Shown: positions 12,312 through 22,907, numbered from the stretch's first letter. The stretch is 64,000 bases of DNA from Sedimentisphaerales bacterium (GCA_963708075.1 OY970194.1:2112001-2176000), one strand, 5' to 3'. Translations and numbers: made by a program. Notes: generated by a model not told the origin, from the sequence alone.

Positions 12312-13985
12312 TCACTTATCCACCGGCTGCAGAAGAAGAACCCAGTCGCCCTTGGCCGGCGGCGAGAGGCGACTTGTGCCCTTGTTCTCGATGCGACCGG
12401 CAATCGTGGTGTATTCACCATGCACCGGATCGAACCAGCGGCCCTTCAGAGGTACGGGGAAGGCGGATACATCAATCTCGATGGCCTCATTGTTCGGCAA
12501 ATAGGCCACTGCAAGATCCGCTGCGGCGGTCTTCGCCAACACCATGCGGCGAGTCACGTCATCGGGTTGGTTGCGGACCAATTCGTGTGCCGGCTCCAAA
12601 CGCCACCATTCGATGGCGGCCAGAAAGTCGTGCAGGTACTGCATCTGGAAGGCGCTGTCCCACTGGAGCGCCTTTTTCCAATAGTCGTATTTCTCCGCAT
12701 CGGTCACCCATTTCCACACGGCGCCGCTGCCCTGCGGGACCTTGGGCGGCATATCGCCGGCACCGTAGGTATAGCCACAGGCACCCGATAGCCAACTCCG
12801 CCACCCCAGGGAGCGAGCATCGATCGCCCGCCATCCATTCTCGCCGTGGGCATCATACATGGCCTCCAGGTTGATGACGGGCTTGTGTGGCTCGTGACGG
12901 TAGAGATACAAGACCCACTCGATCGCGTGATGAGCACACCAGTCAAGATGCCCCGCATTGTGTCCGGTCTGCACGGCGGCGATATCCAGGTAGGACTCGT
13001 CGTAGTACTTGTCCGAAATCGTCGGTGTGGGCTGGTTCCAGGGTGTGCCAGGGTGCTGGGTGATCAGATGGACTATCGTGGCCTCGCGAGCGGCGCGGCC
13101 CACTTCGTTGGCCAAAGGCATGAACTCGCTGTCGAAACTCGGCGAGAAGATGACGAAGTTGCCAAACAGCCGTGCGACGATGTTCCGGGCGAACAGGCAA
13201 GCCTTGTCCGTCTCGGGATAGCGTCGGACGGGTTCCATCAAGCCGACCAGCAGCACAACCAGACCCGCCTCGTTGGCGCGTTGAATCTTCTGTTCGAAGG
13301 ACTGCCAGTAAGCGGGGTTCCACTGGGAGCATGCTTTATCAGTGAACGGCCTTTCACCTCGCCGGTCGGACGGGCCCGCCCACTCGGGCGCGGGCGCCAC
13401 CTGGATGAGCGTGAAATGTTTGGCCGTGCGGTCGGTGATGTAGGCCGCCCATTCCTCGTCGGTGGCCCTCTGCGGGACCGCCCAGGCGGTGTCTCCCATC
13501 CACAGGAATGGGGCGCCATCGTCGTGAATCAGGTAGCGGCGGTTCTCGCTCACCTTCAGAAAGCCATGCCGATAGAGCAGGCCGTCGCCCCGATATGGGG
13601 AAACCTCCACCGTCCCACGCTGCCTGTGCAGCCCTGTATTGGCGGCGTCAGAGCACTCCGTCTCCCATCGCCATGTTCCAGGCGACGGGAATGCGCAACG
13701 GATCCGGAAGATATCCCCGCCGTCCCAGAAGCCGCAGGCTTGGAGCGTATGGCCCGCGGGTCCGGTGTAGATCACTCGCAGAGTCACTTCGGCGTAGGGG
13801 TTCGCGTAGTTGCGCGTGCTGGTCAAGGCGTGTTCCCACCGCTGCCAGGTCTGCACGCGCGGGACCGCAGTGCCCGCACCGGCATCATCAGCGGAACCGC
13901 TGCGGGAAGAGATGTCCACATAAGAAGCGGCGGCGCGGGCACCCCCAGCCAGAAACAGAAGCAATATGGTAAGCCAGCTTCTCAT
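12312..13985 (-). CDS. DUF5060/DUF4038 (apiosidase/GH140-like) protein with C-terminal collagen-binding-like domain
   Basis: Signal peptide; GFWDGG..F.IR; PFLWMGDTAW; QTGH; KPVINLEAMYD; GYTYG; WFDP..G; DWVLLL. Confidence 0.85.
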   Translation of the reverse strand: MRSWLTILLLFLAGGARAAASYVDISSRSGSADDAGAGTAVPRVQTWQRWEHALTSTRNYANPYAEVTLRVIYTGPAGHTLQACGFWDGGDIFRIRCAFPSPGTWRWETECSDAANTGLHRQRGTVEVSPYRGDGLLYRHGFLKVSENRRYLIHDDGAPFLWMGDTAWAVPQRATDEEWAAYITDRTAKHFTLIQVAPAPEWAGPSDRRGERPFTDKACSQWNPAYWQSFEQKIQRANEAGLVVLLVGLMEPVRRYPETDKACLFARNIVARLFGNFVIFSPSFDSEFMPLANEVGRAAREATIVHLITQHPGTPWNQPTPTISDKYYDESYLDIAAVQTGHNAGHLDWCAHHAIEWVLYLYRHEPHKPVINLEAMYDAHGENGWRAIDARSLGWRSWLSGACGYTYGAGDMPPKVPQGSGAVWKWVTDAEKYDYWKKALQWDSAFQMQYLHDFLAAIEWWRLEPAHELVRNQPDDVTRRMVLAKTAAADLAVAYLPNNEAIEIDVSAFPVPLKGRWFDPVHGEYTTIAGRIENKGTSRLSPPAKGDWVLLLQPVDK

Positions 13986-14001
13986 GTCGAGCACGGGCAA
14001 G

Positions 14002-15384
14002 TCAATTTCTCTGGTACACCCTGATCACGTCGCACTCATAATAGCTCGGGAACGGAGTCGTCGCGTCGCACTGTCCCGGCCAGCCCGCGTCGATCCCGAA
14101 ATTGATCAGCAGGTACATCGGCTCGCTGACGATCACCCGGGCGTCGGTGAACCGCGACCTCTCTATGCCGTCGATGTACCACACGATCTTGTCCGGTTCC
14201 CACAGCAGCCCGTATGTGTGAAATTCCTTGCTATACGAAAAACTGTCCTCGGTCCAGTGCCTGCCGTGGGACTTGTGCCCCTGGTCGTCCCAGTGATAGG
14301 TCATGTAGATCTGCGGGTCGTCCTTGATCGTCTCGAAGATGTCGATCTCCGGGGGCCAGTGCTGCGGATACGGCAGCATCCAGAACGCCGGCCAGAATCC
14401 CTTGCCCGTCGGAATCCGGAACCGCCCTTCGAAATACCCGTATTTCTGCGAAAACTTGCCATAGCTCGTGATTACCGCCGAGGTGTACTTCTTGCCGTGC
14501 GAAGGTTTGTCCTCCACCTTCAGCCGCAGCAGGCCTTTTTCGACAAGGACATTGGCCGGATCGCAATAGGCGTTGTAGTTGTGCGTCTGACCCCATTCGT
14601 AGCTGGGGATCCACTTCGAGGAATCCAGTTTGTCACCGTCAAAGGTATCCTCGAAGACAAGCGTCCAGTTGCCCTCCACGGGCGGCACTGAAACAGGCTT
14701 CGTCGCCTTGGAAAACAACTCCTTCGGCAACTCGTCCCGATTGGCCACCGCTGGATCGCTGAGCATCTCTTTGACGTTCTGATTCGTCGCCAGGCTCCAT
14801 TTCGCATTCCAGCACATGAAGTAGCAGGTCTTCGGAAAATACTTCTTCACGCCTTCAATGAATCGCCGATAGTCATAATCGCCCGGTGGATTGCTCGAAC
14901 CATGCGGGCCATATTCCGAGAATCCGAAGGGCTTGTTCAGCGCGACGATCTCGTCATAACCCTGGATATGCTCGGGGTCGAGGAAGTCCGTATAGGCATC
15001 CAGCCCCAGCATGTCCACATACTCATCTCCCGCATAATAGGCGGCGGTCTTTTCGCCCTTGTTCGGCCCATAGACCCAGATCAGATTATCCAGCTTCTTG
15101 GTCGTTATGCTTCCCCGTCGAAAGTCGGCATAGTCGGCCCCCAGCAACGCAGGCCACTGGCCCGTCGATTCGTGTATCTGCTCCATGATCCTGAGGTTCG
15201 AACCGTTGCCGAAATTCGTGAACTGCCCGGAAACGATCCGGTTGTCGGTCTTGTCCGAGAGCGAATAGAAGTATTCCAGCACCGCCTTGACCTGCGGATT
15301 CGACTTGCGGTTGGCCGGTTCGACGGCCCATGCCGAAGATACGCACACCGCCGCAAAGATCCAACTCGTCACGACTCGTCTCAT
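14002..15384 (-). CDS. Fusion of an internally deleted GH26 domain and an intact GH16 domain
   Basis: Start MRRVVTSW after an AAGGGAGA RBS. GH26 termini present (TGQWPALLGADY; LDNLIWVY..YYAGDEYVD..GLDAY; KPFGFSEYG). GH16 motif WPAFWM..EIDIFE. Confidence 0.85.
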   Translation of the reverse strand: MRRVVTSWIFAAVCVSSAWAVEPANRKSNPQVKAVLEYFYSLSDKTDNRIVSGQFTNFGNGSNLRIMEQIHESTGQWPALLGADYADFRRGSITTKKLDNLIWVYGPNKGEKTAAYYAGDEYVDMLGLDAYTDFLDPEHIQGYDEIVALNKPFGFSEYGPHGSSNPPGDYDYRRFIEGVKKYFPKTCYFMCWNAKWSLATNQNVKEMLSDPAVANRDELPKELFSKATKPVSVPPVEGNWTLVFEDTFDGDKLDSSKWIPSYEWGQTHNYNAYCDPANVLVEKGLLRLKVEDKPSHGKKYTSAVITSYGKFSQKYGYFEGRFRIPTGKGFWPAFWMLPYPQHWPPEIDIFETIKDDPQIYMTYHWDDQGHKSHGRHWTEDSFSYSKEFHTYGLLWEPDKIVWYIDGIERSRFTDARVIVSEPMYLLINFGIDAGWPGQCDATTPFPSYYECDVIRVYQRN

Positions 15385-15434
15385 GGAGTCTCCCTTCATC
15401 CGAAACTCGGTTTCGACACAGATGATTCCAATCT

Positions 15435-15782
15435 TCACGGAGCCGGATAAGCAACATCCGGTATCGCACTGTCGCCCCGGCGCCACCAGATGTGGCTTCG
15501 TGAATACTCGTCTTCCCAAGTTACCAGGGCGCTCGAATGGAAGCCCGGCCAGTTGGAATGGCGGTCTCCCTGAATCTCCCAGGTCAGCCAGCAGTATGTC
15601 GCCGACCCCCCTTCCGGTTCTTCGGGGCCGTCCACCGGCCGGCGATCGGGGCCCCGCATGCAGACAAGGTCCGCCGCACCGTTGCGCAGGAGTTCGTCGC
15701 GCACTTCGAGAGCCGAGAGAGGGAGGCCCGAAATGAATACGACTGCAACGGCAAGAAGAGCTAGGATGTTCGTTGTGCCCAT
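15435..15782 (-). pseudogene. Short signal-peptide ORF, probably a truncated secreted protein
   Basis: 115 aa with an N-terminal signal peptide; lies among other remnants. Confidence 0.35.
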
Positions 15783-15813
15783 CCGGCCAAATTAGAGAAC
15801 TCACCCAGAATTG

Positions 15814-16170
15814 TCAAGAGGTTACCAAAGCCAGTCCACCGCATGAGTATGAGCCATTCACCTGGTCGTCGCTGAAGCACGCCTCCAGGGTTCCCTTATT
15901 GCTCCCTGCCAGCCCGCCCGCGCCGGACTCTCCGTGCACGTTGCTGCGTGACCAGCACCGCAGCGTCCCGCTTTGACAGAGGCCGATCAGCCCGCCCACA
16001 GTGCCGGCCGCCTGAACTTCGGCGGCGGCGTAGCAGTCCGTGACCGAGCCGCCGCTGCGGCCGAGCAGTCCCCCGGTAGTTACCTCGCCGGAAACACGAG
16101 CCGTCGACGAGCAGCGGGACATCTGGCCCTGGAGGTTGCCGACCAATCCGCCCACCTGCCGCCACGGATC
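15814..16170 (-). pseudogene. GLUG-repeat protein fragment
   Basis: Repeated VGGLVG/TGGLLG/VGGLIG/AGGLAG/CGGLA with Cys at ~26 aa spacing; no credible start or signal peptide. Confidence 0.7.
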
Positions 16171-16367
16171 CGCGTGCAAGCAGGACTGGGTTTCTCTGCT
16201 CTGGAACCTGAGGCCATGCCGGACTTCCCGGGCCACGATATCCCAAAGCAGACCCACACAGAGCCATGAAGGTGAGCATCGTATGAAAGGCGTTGAAATC
16301 ATGATATTATGGCGAGAATTATGATAATGACCTGCTGCCCGCCTTCGTTCCGCAATTTTCGATCATT

Positions 16368-16481
16368 CTAATGCCAAGCCGAGGACTTTGCAGGTGATTC
16401 TTCCAGCGAGATGTTGGCCATCGTCGGTACCCGGCAGGGTGTGCCCTTGCGAGTCCTGGCTCCGCATCGAGGGGCATTCAT
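16368..16481 (-). pseudogene. HGGxSTG-domain protein N-terminal remnant
   Basis: MNAPRCGARTRKGTPCRVPTMAN matches the family start; the GRCRxHGGxSTG part is missing. Confidence 0.6.
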
Positions 16482-16704
16482 CGGGTTACCCTGTTTGCCC
16501 CCGCACGCCCGGTCTCTCGAAACAGTGACTGCCCCCCCCACCCCAACCGCTGGAGGGCCGGAGAAGCTGCCACCCGGCTCAGCGTCCAAAAACCTGCGAA
16601 GACACGTGGCCCGGGTGATGGCGGATTCTCCGTTGCCGACCGGCGGCCGCGGGCGTACAATCCGCATTGGTTCTAACCGATTCGGAGTCACTGGAGGTCG
16701 CACA

Positions 16705-18021
16705 ATGAAACCGGGAGTAGTTCATCCAACGCGACGGAGCTTTCTCAAGGCCATCCTGGTGGCGAAGGTCGCGCCCATTTTCGTACCCGCTCGCCTGCTG
16801 GGGGCGGGCCAGGCGGCGCCATCGAACAAGATCACCCTCGGTGTCATCGGCGTCGGAGCCCAGGGCCAGTACGATATGCGGAACTTCCTGGGTTACAGCG
16901 ACGTCCGTGTGACGGCCATCTGCGACGTGAACAAGCGGAACATCGACGCCGCACGTGGGCTCATCGCCAAGGCTTACGGCAGCCCTGACGGGAAGGTCTT
17001 TGCGGACTTCCGCGAGCTGAACGCGGACCGCTCCATCGACGCCGTGCTGATGGCCCTGCCGGTCCACTGGCACAGTATCGTCGCGCAAGACACCATTCTC
17101 CAAGGCAAGCACATTTACCACGAAAAACCGATGGGGATGTCATTCGAGGAGGCACGCCGGGTGCGTGCGGCTGTGCATAAGACGGGCGTGGTGTTTCAGT
17201 TCGGCACGCAGCAGCGGTCGGACCTGTACTTCCGCTGGGCATGCGAACTGGCTCTCAACGGCCGGTTAGGCAAGCTCAAGGAGATTCATGTGTCGGTCCC
17301 CGGCGGCAAGAAAGGTCCGCTGTTTCCCGAGCAGCCCGTGCCGGAATACGTGGACTGGGACCGCTGGGTCGGGCCGGCTCCGATGACGCCCTTTCATGAG
17401 GCCAAACTCCAGCGCGACAACCATGAGAACATCACGAACTTCTCGCTCGGCATGATCTCCTGCTGGGGCATTCACCACCTGGACATCGCCCAGTGGGGGA
17501 ACGGCGCGGATGGAACCGGTCCGCGTTTCGTGGAAGGCGAAGGCGAGCTTCCGAAGGAAGGGGCATTCAATGCGATTCTGCGATGGAAGGTCCGCTTCGA
17601 GTACGCCGGGGCAGCGCCGGTGACCTTCGTCAATGACGGCACGGAGGGCTTCCAGCATGGCGTCCGCTTCATCGGCGAGTCCGGCTGGGCTCATGTCACA
17701 CGCGGAGCCCTGAACCTCCACGATCCCAACGTCCTGCGGGATCCGCAGAACAAATGTGGCGCCATGCCGATCAAGCTGCGGGCCAGCCGCGACCACGCAC
17801 GTGATTTCATCGATGCGATCCACAACCGCACTCGAGCGATCTGCGATATCGACACCGCCGTGCGGTCCGACACACTCTGCCAGATCGCCCTGATTGCCGT
17901 CAAGCGGGCCCGTCGGCTCGAGTGGGATCCGCAGGCCGAGCGATTTGTCGACAACGATGAGGCCGACGCTCTGCTGCGCAGCAGGGCTTTTCGCCGTGGC
18001 TGGAGGTTGAAAGAGGTGTGA
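16705..18021 (+). CDS. Tat-exported Gfo/Idh/MocA oxidoreductase
   Basis: GGAGG RBS; TRRSFLK Tat motif; GVIGVG; HWH; YHEKP; GTQQRS; WGIHHLD. Confidence 0.92.
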   Translation: MKPGVVHPTRRSFLKAILVAKVAPIFVPARLLGAGQAAPSNKITLGVIGVGAQGQYDMRNFLGYSDVRVTAICDVNKRNIDAARGLIAKAYGSPDGKVFADFRELNADRSIDAVLMALPVHWHSIVAQDTILQGKHIYHEKPMGMSFEEARRVRAAVHKTGVVFQFGTQQRSDLYFRWACELALNGRLGKLKEIHVSVPGGKKGPLFPEQPVPEYVDWDRWVGPAPMTPFHEAKLQRDNHENITNFSLGMISCWGIHHLDIAQWGNGADGTGPRFVEGEGELPKEGAFNAILRWKVRFEYAGAAPVTFVNDGTEGFQHGVRFIGESGWAHVTRGALNLHDPNVLRDPQNKCGAMPIKLRASRDHARDFIDAIHNRTRAICDIDTAVRSDTLCQIALIAVKRARRLEWDPQAERFVDNDEADALLRSRAFRRGWRLKEV

Positions 18022-18224
18022 GGGACAGTGTCTGTGAGAATAACCTGATAGTCGGGTGGCGGCGGCAAGCGGAGAGCAGCGGAGCCTGCCGATGGCGCTA
18101 CGCATCTGAGGAGCCATCGGCAAGCTGGCGCTTGCCGCTGCCACCCGGCACCGTGCCAGACTCTGCACATAAACGAGGAGCGGGGAGCAGTGGTAATCGA
18201 GTTGCTGAGGCAAAACACCGGACT

Positions 18225-19523
18225 ATGACAGTGAAACACCCATTTCACCGCTATTTGACTCTCTTGTTGTTACTCGTTCCAGCGTCATGGGTCCAGGCCC
18301 AGTGGCCCCAATTTCGGGGACCCTGGGGTAATGGCCTTGCCGCGTTGCCGGGCACGGAACCGCTTGGCCTGCCGATCCATTGGAGCGAGAAGGAAAACAT
18401 CCGATGGAAGACACCCATCCCCTACCGGGGCTGGTCCACTCCTGTCGTGATGGATGGGCAGGTGTGGCTGACGACCGCGACTCCCGACGGTCACGACTTC
18501 TTCGCTATTTGCGTCAATGCTGACTCCGGCCGGATACGCTTCCAGGAGAAGCTGTTTCACGCCGACCATCCCGAGCCCCTTGGCAATCCACTCAACTGCT
18601 ATGCGTCGCCTTCGCCGGTTGTCGAACCCGGCCGCGTGTACGTGCACTTCGGCAGCTATGGCACGGCAGCGCTGGATACAAAGACCTGCGAAGTGCTGTG
18701 GAGACGATCCGATCTGCCCTGTCGGCACTATCGCGGCCCGGGCTCTTCCCTCCTCTTGTTCGAGAACCTGCTCATCCTGACCATGGACGGCGTGGACGTC
18801 CAGTACCTCGTTGCGCTCGACAAGGAAACCGGCCGGACCGTCTGGAAGACCGAACGCACCGCACAGTGGGACGATCTGGACGCCGACGGCAAGCCAAAGG
18901 ACGAAGGAGATCTCCGCAAGGCATACTCCACGCCGCTGATTGTGACTGTCGGCGGAGACACGCAGATGCTCAGCGTGGGGGCCAAGGCCCTCTATGGCTA
19001 CGATCCCGCGAGCGGGCGCGAGCTCTGGAAGGTCTCCACGCCCGCTTTTTCCGGCGCCGCAAGCCCAGTCTATGGCCATGGGATCGCCTATATGATCACT
19101 GGATTCGGCAAGACGGAATTGCTCGCGATTCGCCTCGACGGTCGGGCAGATGTGACCGACGCAAACATCGCCTGGAGGACCGCACGCATGGTGCCGCAAA
19201 CGCCATCGCCGCTGCTTGTGGACGACTTGTTCTTCATGATCAATGACGCCGGGGTCGTCACGTGCCTGGAAGCCGCCTCCGGCAATCAGGTCTGGAGGGA
19301 GCGTCTCAAAGGGGACTTCGCCGCTTCATTGCTCTATGCGGATGGACACGTCTATTGCTTTAGCCGAGAAGGTGTGACGACGGTCCTCAAGGCGGCACGG
19401 GACTATGAAGTCCTGGCGACGAACGTACTCGATTCCGGTTTCATGGCCTCCCCGGCCGTTTCAGGACGAACGCTTTTCTTGAGAACAAAGGAAGCCCTCT
19501 ACAGGATCGAATCCAGCCAATAG
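18225..19523 (+). CDS. PQQ-binding-like beta-propeller repeat protein
   Basis: QWPQFRGP, WSTPVV, YASPSP, AYSTP, ASPAV..LFLRT. Confidence 0.9.
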   Translation: MTVKHPFHRYLTLLLLLVPASWVQAQWPQFRGPWGNGLAALPGTEPLGLPIHWSEKENIRWKTPIPYRGWSTPVVMDGQVWLTTATPDGHDFFAICVNADSGRIRFQEKLFHADHPEPLGNPLNCYASPSPVVEPGRVYVHFGSYGTAALDTKTCEVLWRRSDLPCRHYRGPGSSLLLFENLLILTMDGVDVQYLVALDKETGRTVWKTERTAQWDDLDADGKPKDEGDLRKAYSTPLIVTVGGDTQMLSVGAKALYGYDPASGRELWKVSTPAFSGAASPVYGHGIAYMITGFGKTELLAIRLDGRADVTDANIAWRTARMVPQTPSPLLVDDLFFMINDAGVVTCLEAASGNQVWRERLKGDFAASLLYADGHVYCFSREGVTTVLKAARDYEVLATNVLDSGFMASPAVSGRTLFLRTKEALYRIESSQ

Positions 19524-19843
19524 CACCGCGGGATAGGCTCAAAGCCCCTTTATCTCCTTGCGAGCCTGTAACGCGGCGGTGTATGACTCATTGAGCATAT
19601 GGGGAGGAGATCGGACCTCCTGGAGTAGCCGCCCACAGATACCGGCGACTGTCTGCGGGTGTGCTGTCCAGCTATGGGATGCGGTCTCGGTCCTTCACTT
19701 ACTCAGATAACGGGCCGGGCACCGCGTCTCGCAACGCACAGATCCGCCATAGAATCCCGGTGCCCGGCGCTTGCGCTGGTCCAACTCCACACGGCGTCGC
19801 CGGCTATACTCCCGTCAGGCCATGAGGCAATGGGTGACCGCGT

Positions 19844-20368
19844 CTACTTCATGGCCAGCTCCGCCGTATGGCGCGGGCCCGATGACCCATCCGTGACCAG
19901 GCCGGCGTTCTTCCTGAGGATGTAGAGCGCGACAGGAGGTAAAAGCCGCGTCTTCATCGCCTCAGAAGGGGCCATCCAGCCGGCCCAGATGATCTTGCGG
20001 CCATCGAACCATGTCCGAGGCGGACTCTCGACGCACATTTCCCAGATGTCCATGGTGTCAAGCCGCGACTCGAACCGAAGCGTCTTGTGCCAAACCAGCC
20101 ACAGCCCCCCGGCCGACAGATCAACACCCAGTCCATTGAGCAACTTCCGGCGTGCCGTCTTGTCCGACATCTCGCCCGGCTTGACGAAACCACCCGGCAA
20201 CGAGAGAGCAGACCGGGAACTTGTACGAACCAGCAGTATCTTGTCCGTGTACCACAGGGCAACGCCAGTGCTGTATGTGGCAGGCCGACATACAAACCAC
20301 CATGCCCGAGACATCAGGTATGCGAGCCGATACTTCAGACGCACCATCGAATCGAGTGAATACCGCAT
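19844..20368 (-). CDS. NUDIX-fold protein with a degenerate Nudix box
   Basis: ILLVR..SLPGGFVKPGE..TARRKLLNGLG (canonical RELxEExG lost); start uncertain. Confidence 0.65.
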   Translation of the reverse strand: MRYSLDSMVRLKYRLAYLMSRAWWFVCRPATYSTGVALWYTDKILLVRTSSRSALSLPGGFVKPGEMSDKTARRKLLNGLGVDLSAGGLWLVWHKTLRFESRLDTMDIWEMCVESPPRTWFDGRKIIWAGWMAPSEAMKTRLLPPVALYILRKNAGLVTDGSSGPRHTAELAMK

Positions 20369-20951
20369 GTTTGTACCCGACAAAGCACCTCGAAATCGCG
20401 GTACGCCTGTCAGGCCGCACAGCAACATGCGGCCTGACAGGTGCAGGCACACACCGCCCGCTCTACGCTACGCTAAAGAGGCTGGATGCGTGTGGGTGCC
20501 GAAGCCGATGCAGCAAAAGGCAGATCATCCAACCGCAGAATCTTTCATGCCGTGTTGTTGTTTTCTTCGAGGCGTTCTCTGTGGGCCTGCTACTTCTATC
20601 TAGATTATGCTATTCCAGCGGCCACTCTCAAAGAACAATCATGTTCGATATTCGCACAGCACGATTCTCAATCATCCGGCTCCACGGTCCCGACCGGACT
20701 GAGATCGAAGAACAGGCCGGCGGCCCGTTGAGGGCCTCAGCAGACCCCAGAAGCAACGATCACCCCCGCAAGGGTCAACCGACCGAATTCAGGCCATAGG
20801 CGTCCCAGAAAATGGGCATTTGTCTCGTGGTGAATTTGGATTTTACATCAGGGGTGTTATATTTTACATGAGGGCGGCAATCCGAAGTAAGGCTGTTCGG
20901 ATGGACCATCAGGGCGCGGTATAATGCCGCTCACTCGAATCAAGATGTCCC

Positions 20952-21299
20952 ATGGCTCTTCACAATCTCTCTGAGAGCGTCCTTCTCATCACTCTGCCCC
21001 AGGAGCCCGACCGGAGCAGTGAGTTGGAGACTGCCGCACGACTGACCACCCCCAGGGTAAGCCGCCACGTCATCGTGGATTTCACACGGGTTGAAACCAT
21101 GTTTTCGCTGACGGTCTGCGGCCTGATCATCCTGGACCGTCTGCTCAGCACGGCGGGACGGCAACTGATCCTGTGTTCCGTTTCGCCCGATATCATGGCT
21201 ATCTTCAGGCGGGTGGGACTTCACAAGCTTTTTCTGTTCGTCGCGGACAAGGCCGCCGCCCAGGAGTCTCTCGATCACGAAACCTTCATCTACACATAG
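20952..21299 (+). CDS. STAS-domain anti-sigma factor antagonist
   Basis: VIVDFTRVE...QLILCSV...IFRRVGLHKLF; TATAAT at ~20920. Confidence 0.85.
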   Translation: MALHNLSESVLLITLPQEPDRSSELETAARLTTPRVSRHVIVDFTRVETMFSLTVCGLIILDRLLSTAGRQLILCSVSPDIMAIFRRVGLHKLFLFVADKAAAQESLDHETFIYT

Positions 21300-21431
21300 T
21301 GGATGTTTGCCGTCATTCGTCTGAGGCGTGATGAACTCGATGTTGGGAGAATCGGTGTCTCTTCCGAGGCTGCTTGACGGGGACACCAAAAACCGTTTCT
21401 CTCAATGACACTCACGTGTCGGGAGGATGAG

Positions 21432-22307
21432 ATGAAGATGCTAAGCAAGCGGATGTGGGCGATGGTAGTCGCAGCCTTGCTGGCCACGTTTCCGATGTCG
21501 GCAGCCGCGGTCCCTACTCTCATGCACACCATCAACAGAGATCCGGATACCTACTCTGCTGAGCACGTCGGAACCTTCGGGACCAACGTCCCTGTCAACC
21601 ATGATGCGGGTGTGCGCAGACAGACCGAGCCGGCCATCGGCGTGGATGCTGCGGGCAATCCGTACGTCGTCTGGGTGGACAATAGAAGTGGTAAAAACGA
21701 AATCTATTACGCCGGCGCGACCACAATTCGGCCTCCTTTGCCCACTACGGTTGTCCCGGGTGAAGGAGGCGCAGTCACCGTCCGGAGCGCGACGGTGGAG
21801 AACCTCCAGGTACAGATTCCGGCTGACGCTCTACCCGAGGGTATTGCGGCCACGGATATCTCCGTGGCTGAAGTCTCTAATCCGCGGGAACCACCGGCGG
21901 GCGGCTTTGGTATGGCCTATAGTCTCGGGCCGAGCGGGGTCGTGTTCAATTCGCCGGTGACGATCAGGATACCGCTGGCGGATGATGCTCCTGTCCGTAG
22001 TAGCTACCTCGTCTACCGTTACGATGCCGGTATCGGTTGCTGGACTCAGGAAGGGATTCATAACCCTGCCACGAAGGTTGCCGACGGCTCGTACCTGGAG
22101 GTCCAGGTCGACCACTTCACGGTTTTGATGGCAGGCGGTGGGACGGTGAATGGTGATGGCGCCGGCGGCGGTGGGTGCGCGTTGTCGCCGTGGACCAACA
22201 CCGGGCCGATGGAAGTCGTCCTGCCGTTTGTTGCGTTCGTCCTGGTCCTGCTTACATGCAGCATCGTGAGCGGGTTACGGCGTCGCTCCGGCGGTACCCG
22301 GGACTGA
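21432..22307 (+). CDS. Secreted surface protein with a C-terminal GGGGC-TM-basic sorting tail
   Basis: GGAGGA RBS; signal peptide; GPSG..F..PVTI.IP and VDHFT (ZU5/Ig-like); GAGGGGCAL + TM helix + RRRS. Confidence 0.75.
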   Translation: MKMLSKRMWAMVVAALLATFPMSAAAVPTLMHTINRDPDTYSAEHVGTFGTNVPVNHDAGVRRQTEPAIGVDAAGNPYVVWVDNRSGKNEIYYAGATTIRPPLPTTVVPGEGGAVTVRSATVENLQVQIPADALPEGIAATDISVAEVSNPREPPAGGFGMAYSLGPSGVVFNSPVTIRIPLADDAPVRSSYLVYRYDAGIGCWTQEGIHNPATKVADGSYLEVQVDHFTVLMAGGGTVNGDGAGGGGCALSPWTNTGPMEVVLPFVAFVLVLLTCSIVSGLRRRSGGTRD

Positions 22308-22907
22308 TTATTTCTTTTTCTTGTTTTCTGCCGAAACGCCGGCCGTCAGAACGAACTGCATTGCCTGGTCGATTCTCATATCGACGGGCGTGATCTTGGC
22401 TTTGGGAACCATGACGGTGAAACCGCCCATCTGGTAGCTCATGGGCAAATAGACCGCGACGGTTTGCTCATCACCAATTCCTTCAGGCAGGTCTCCAAAG
22501 CTCTCTCGCGTCACCAGGCCCATCAAGCGTATGTTCCCATCGGCGAGAGTGACCATGACGGTCTTGTCGAACTCTCTCTGTTTCGAGGCGTCGAAGAGCC
22601 CCACCATGTCGCGAATGGAGCCGTACAGAGACTTGATGCCCGGGATTCTCTGCAGCAGTGTCTCGCCCAGAGAGAACACCTTGCGAAACAACCATATCCT
22701 CAGGAGCACGCCGATGCCCAGGGTGATCAGGAATCCGGCCAACACGCCCGACCCGGGAACATAGAAGTCGTCGCCGATGACGAACCTCATGGCTTTGCCG
22801 AGGACGGATTCCGCGAACGCCGCCAGCCAATAGACGAGATAAACGGTCAGTGCGATGGGGAGGATCGCAATAAGCCCCTGTAGAAACAGTGTGCCGAGCT
22901 TCTTCAC
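22308..22907 (-). CDS. DUF502 family membrane protein
   Basis: GTG start after GGAGA; FLQGLIAILPIALT; RIPGIKSLYGSIRD; VYLPMSYQMGG. Confidence 0.88.
   Translation of the reverse strand: MKKLGTLFLQGLIAILPIALTVYLVYWLAAFAESVLGKAMRFVIGDDFYVPGSGVLAGFLITLGIGVLLRIWLFRKVFSLGETLLQRIPGIKSLYGSIRDMVGLFDASKQREFDKTVMVTLADGNIRLMGLVTRESFGDLPEGIGDEQTVAVYLPMSYQMGGFTVMVPKAKITPVDMRIDQAMQFVLTAGVSAENKKKK

Noticed and set aside
14002..15804. 600-aa ORF start at 15804
   Set aside because: The upstream extension is not protein-like; RBS and signal peptide support 15384
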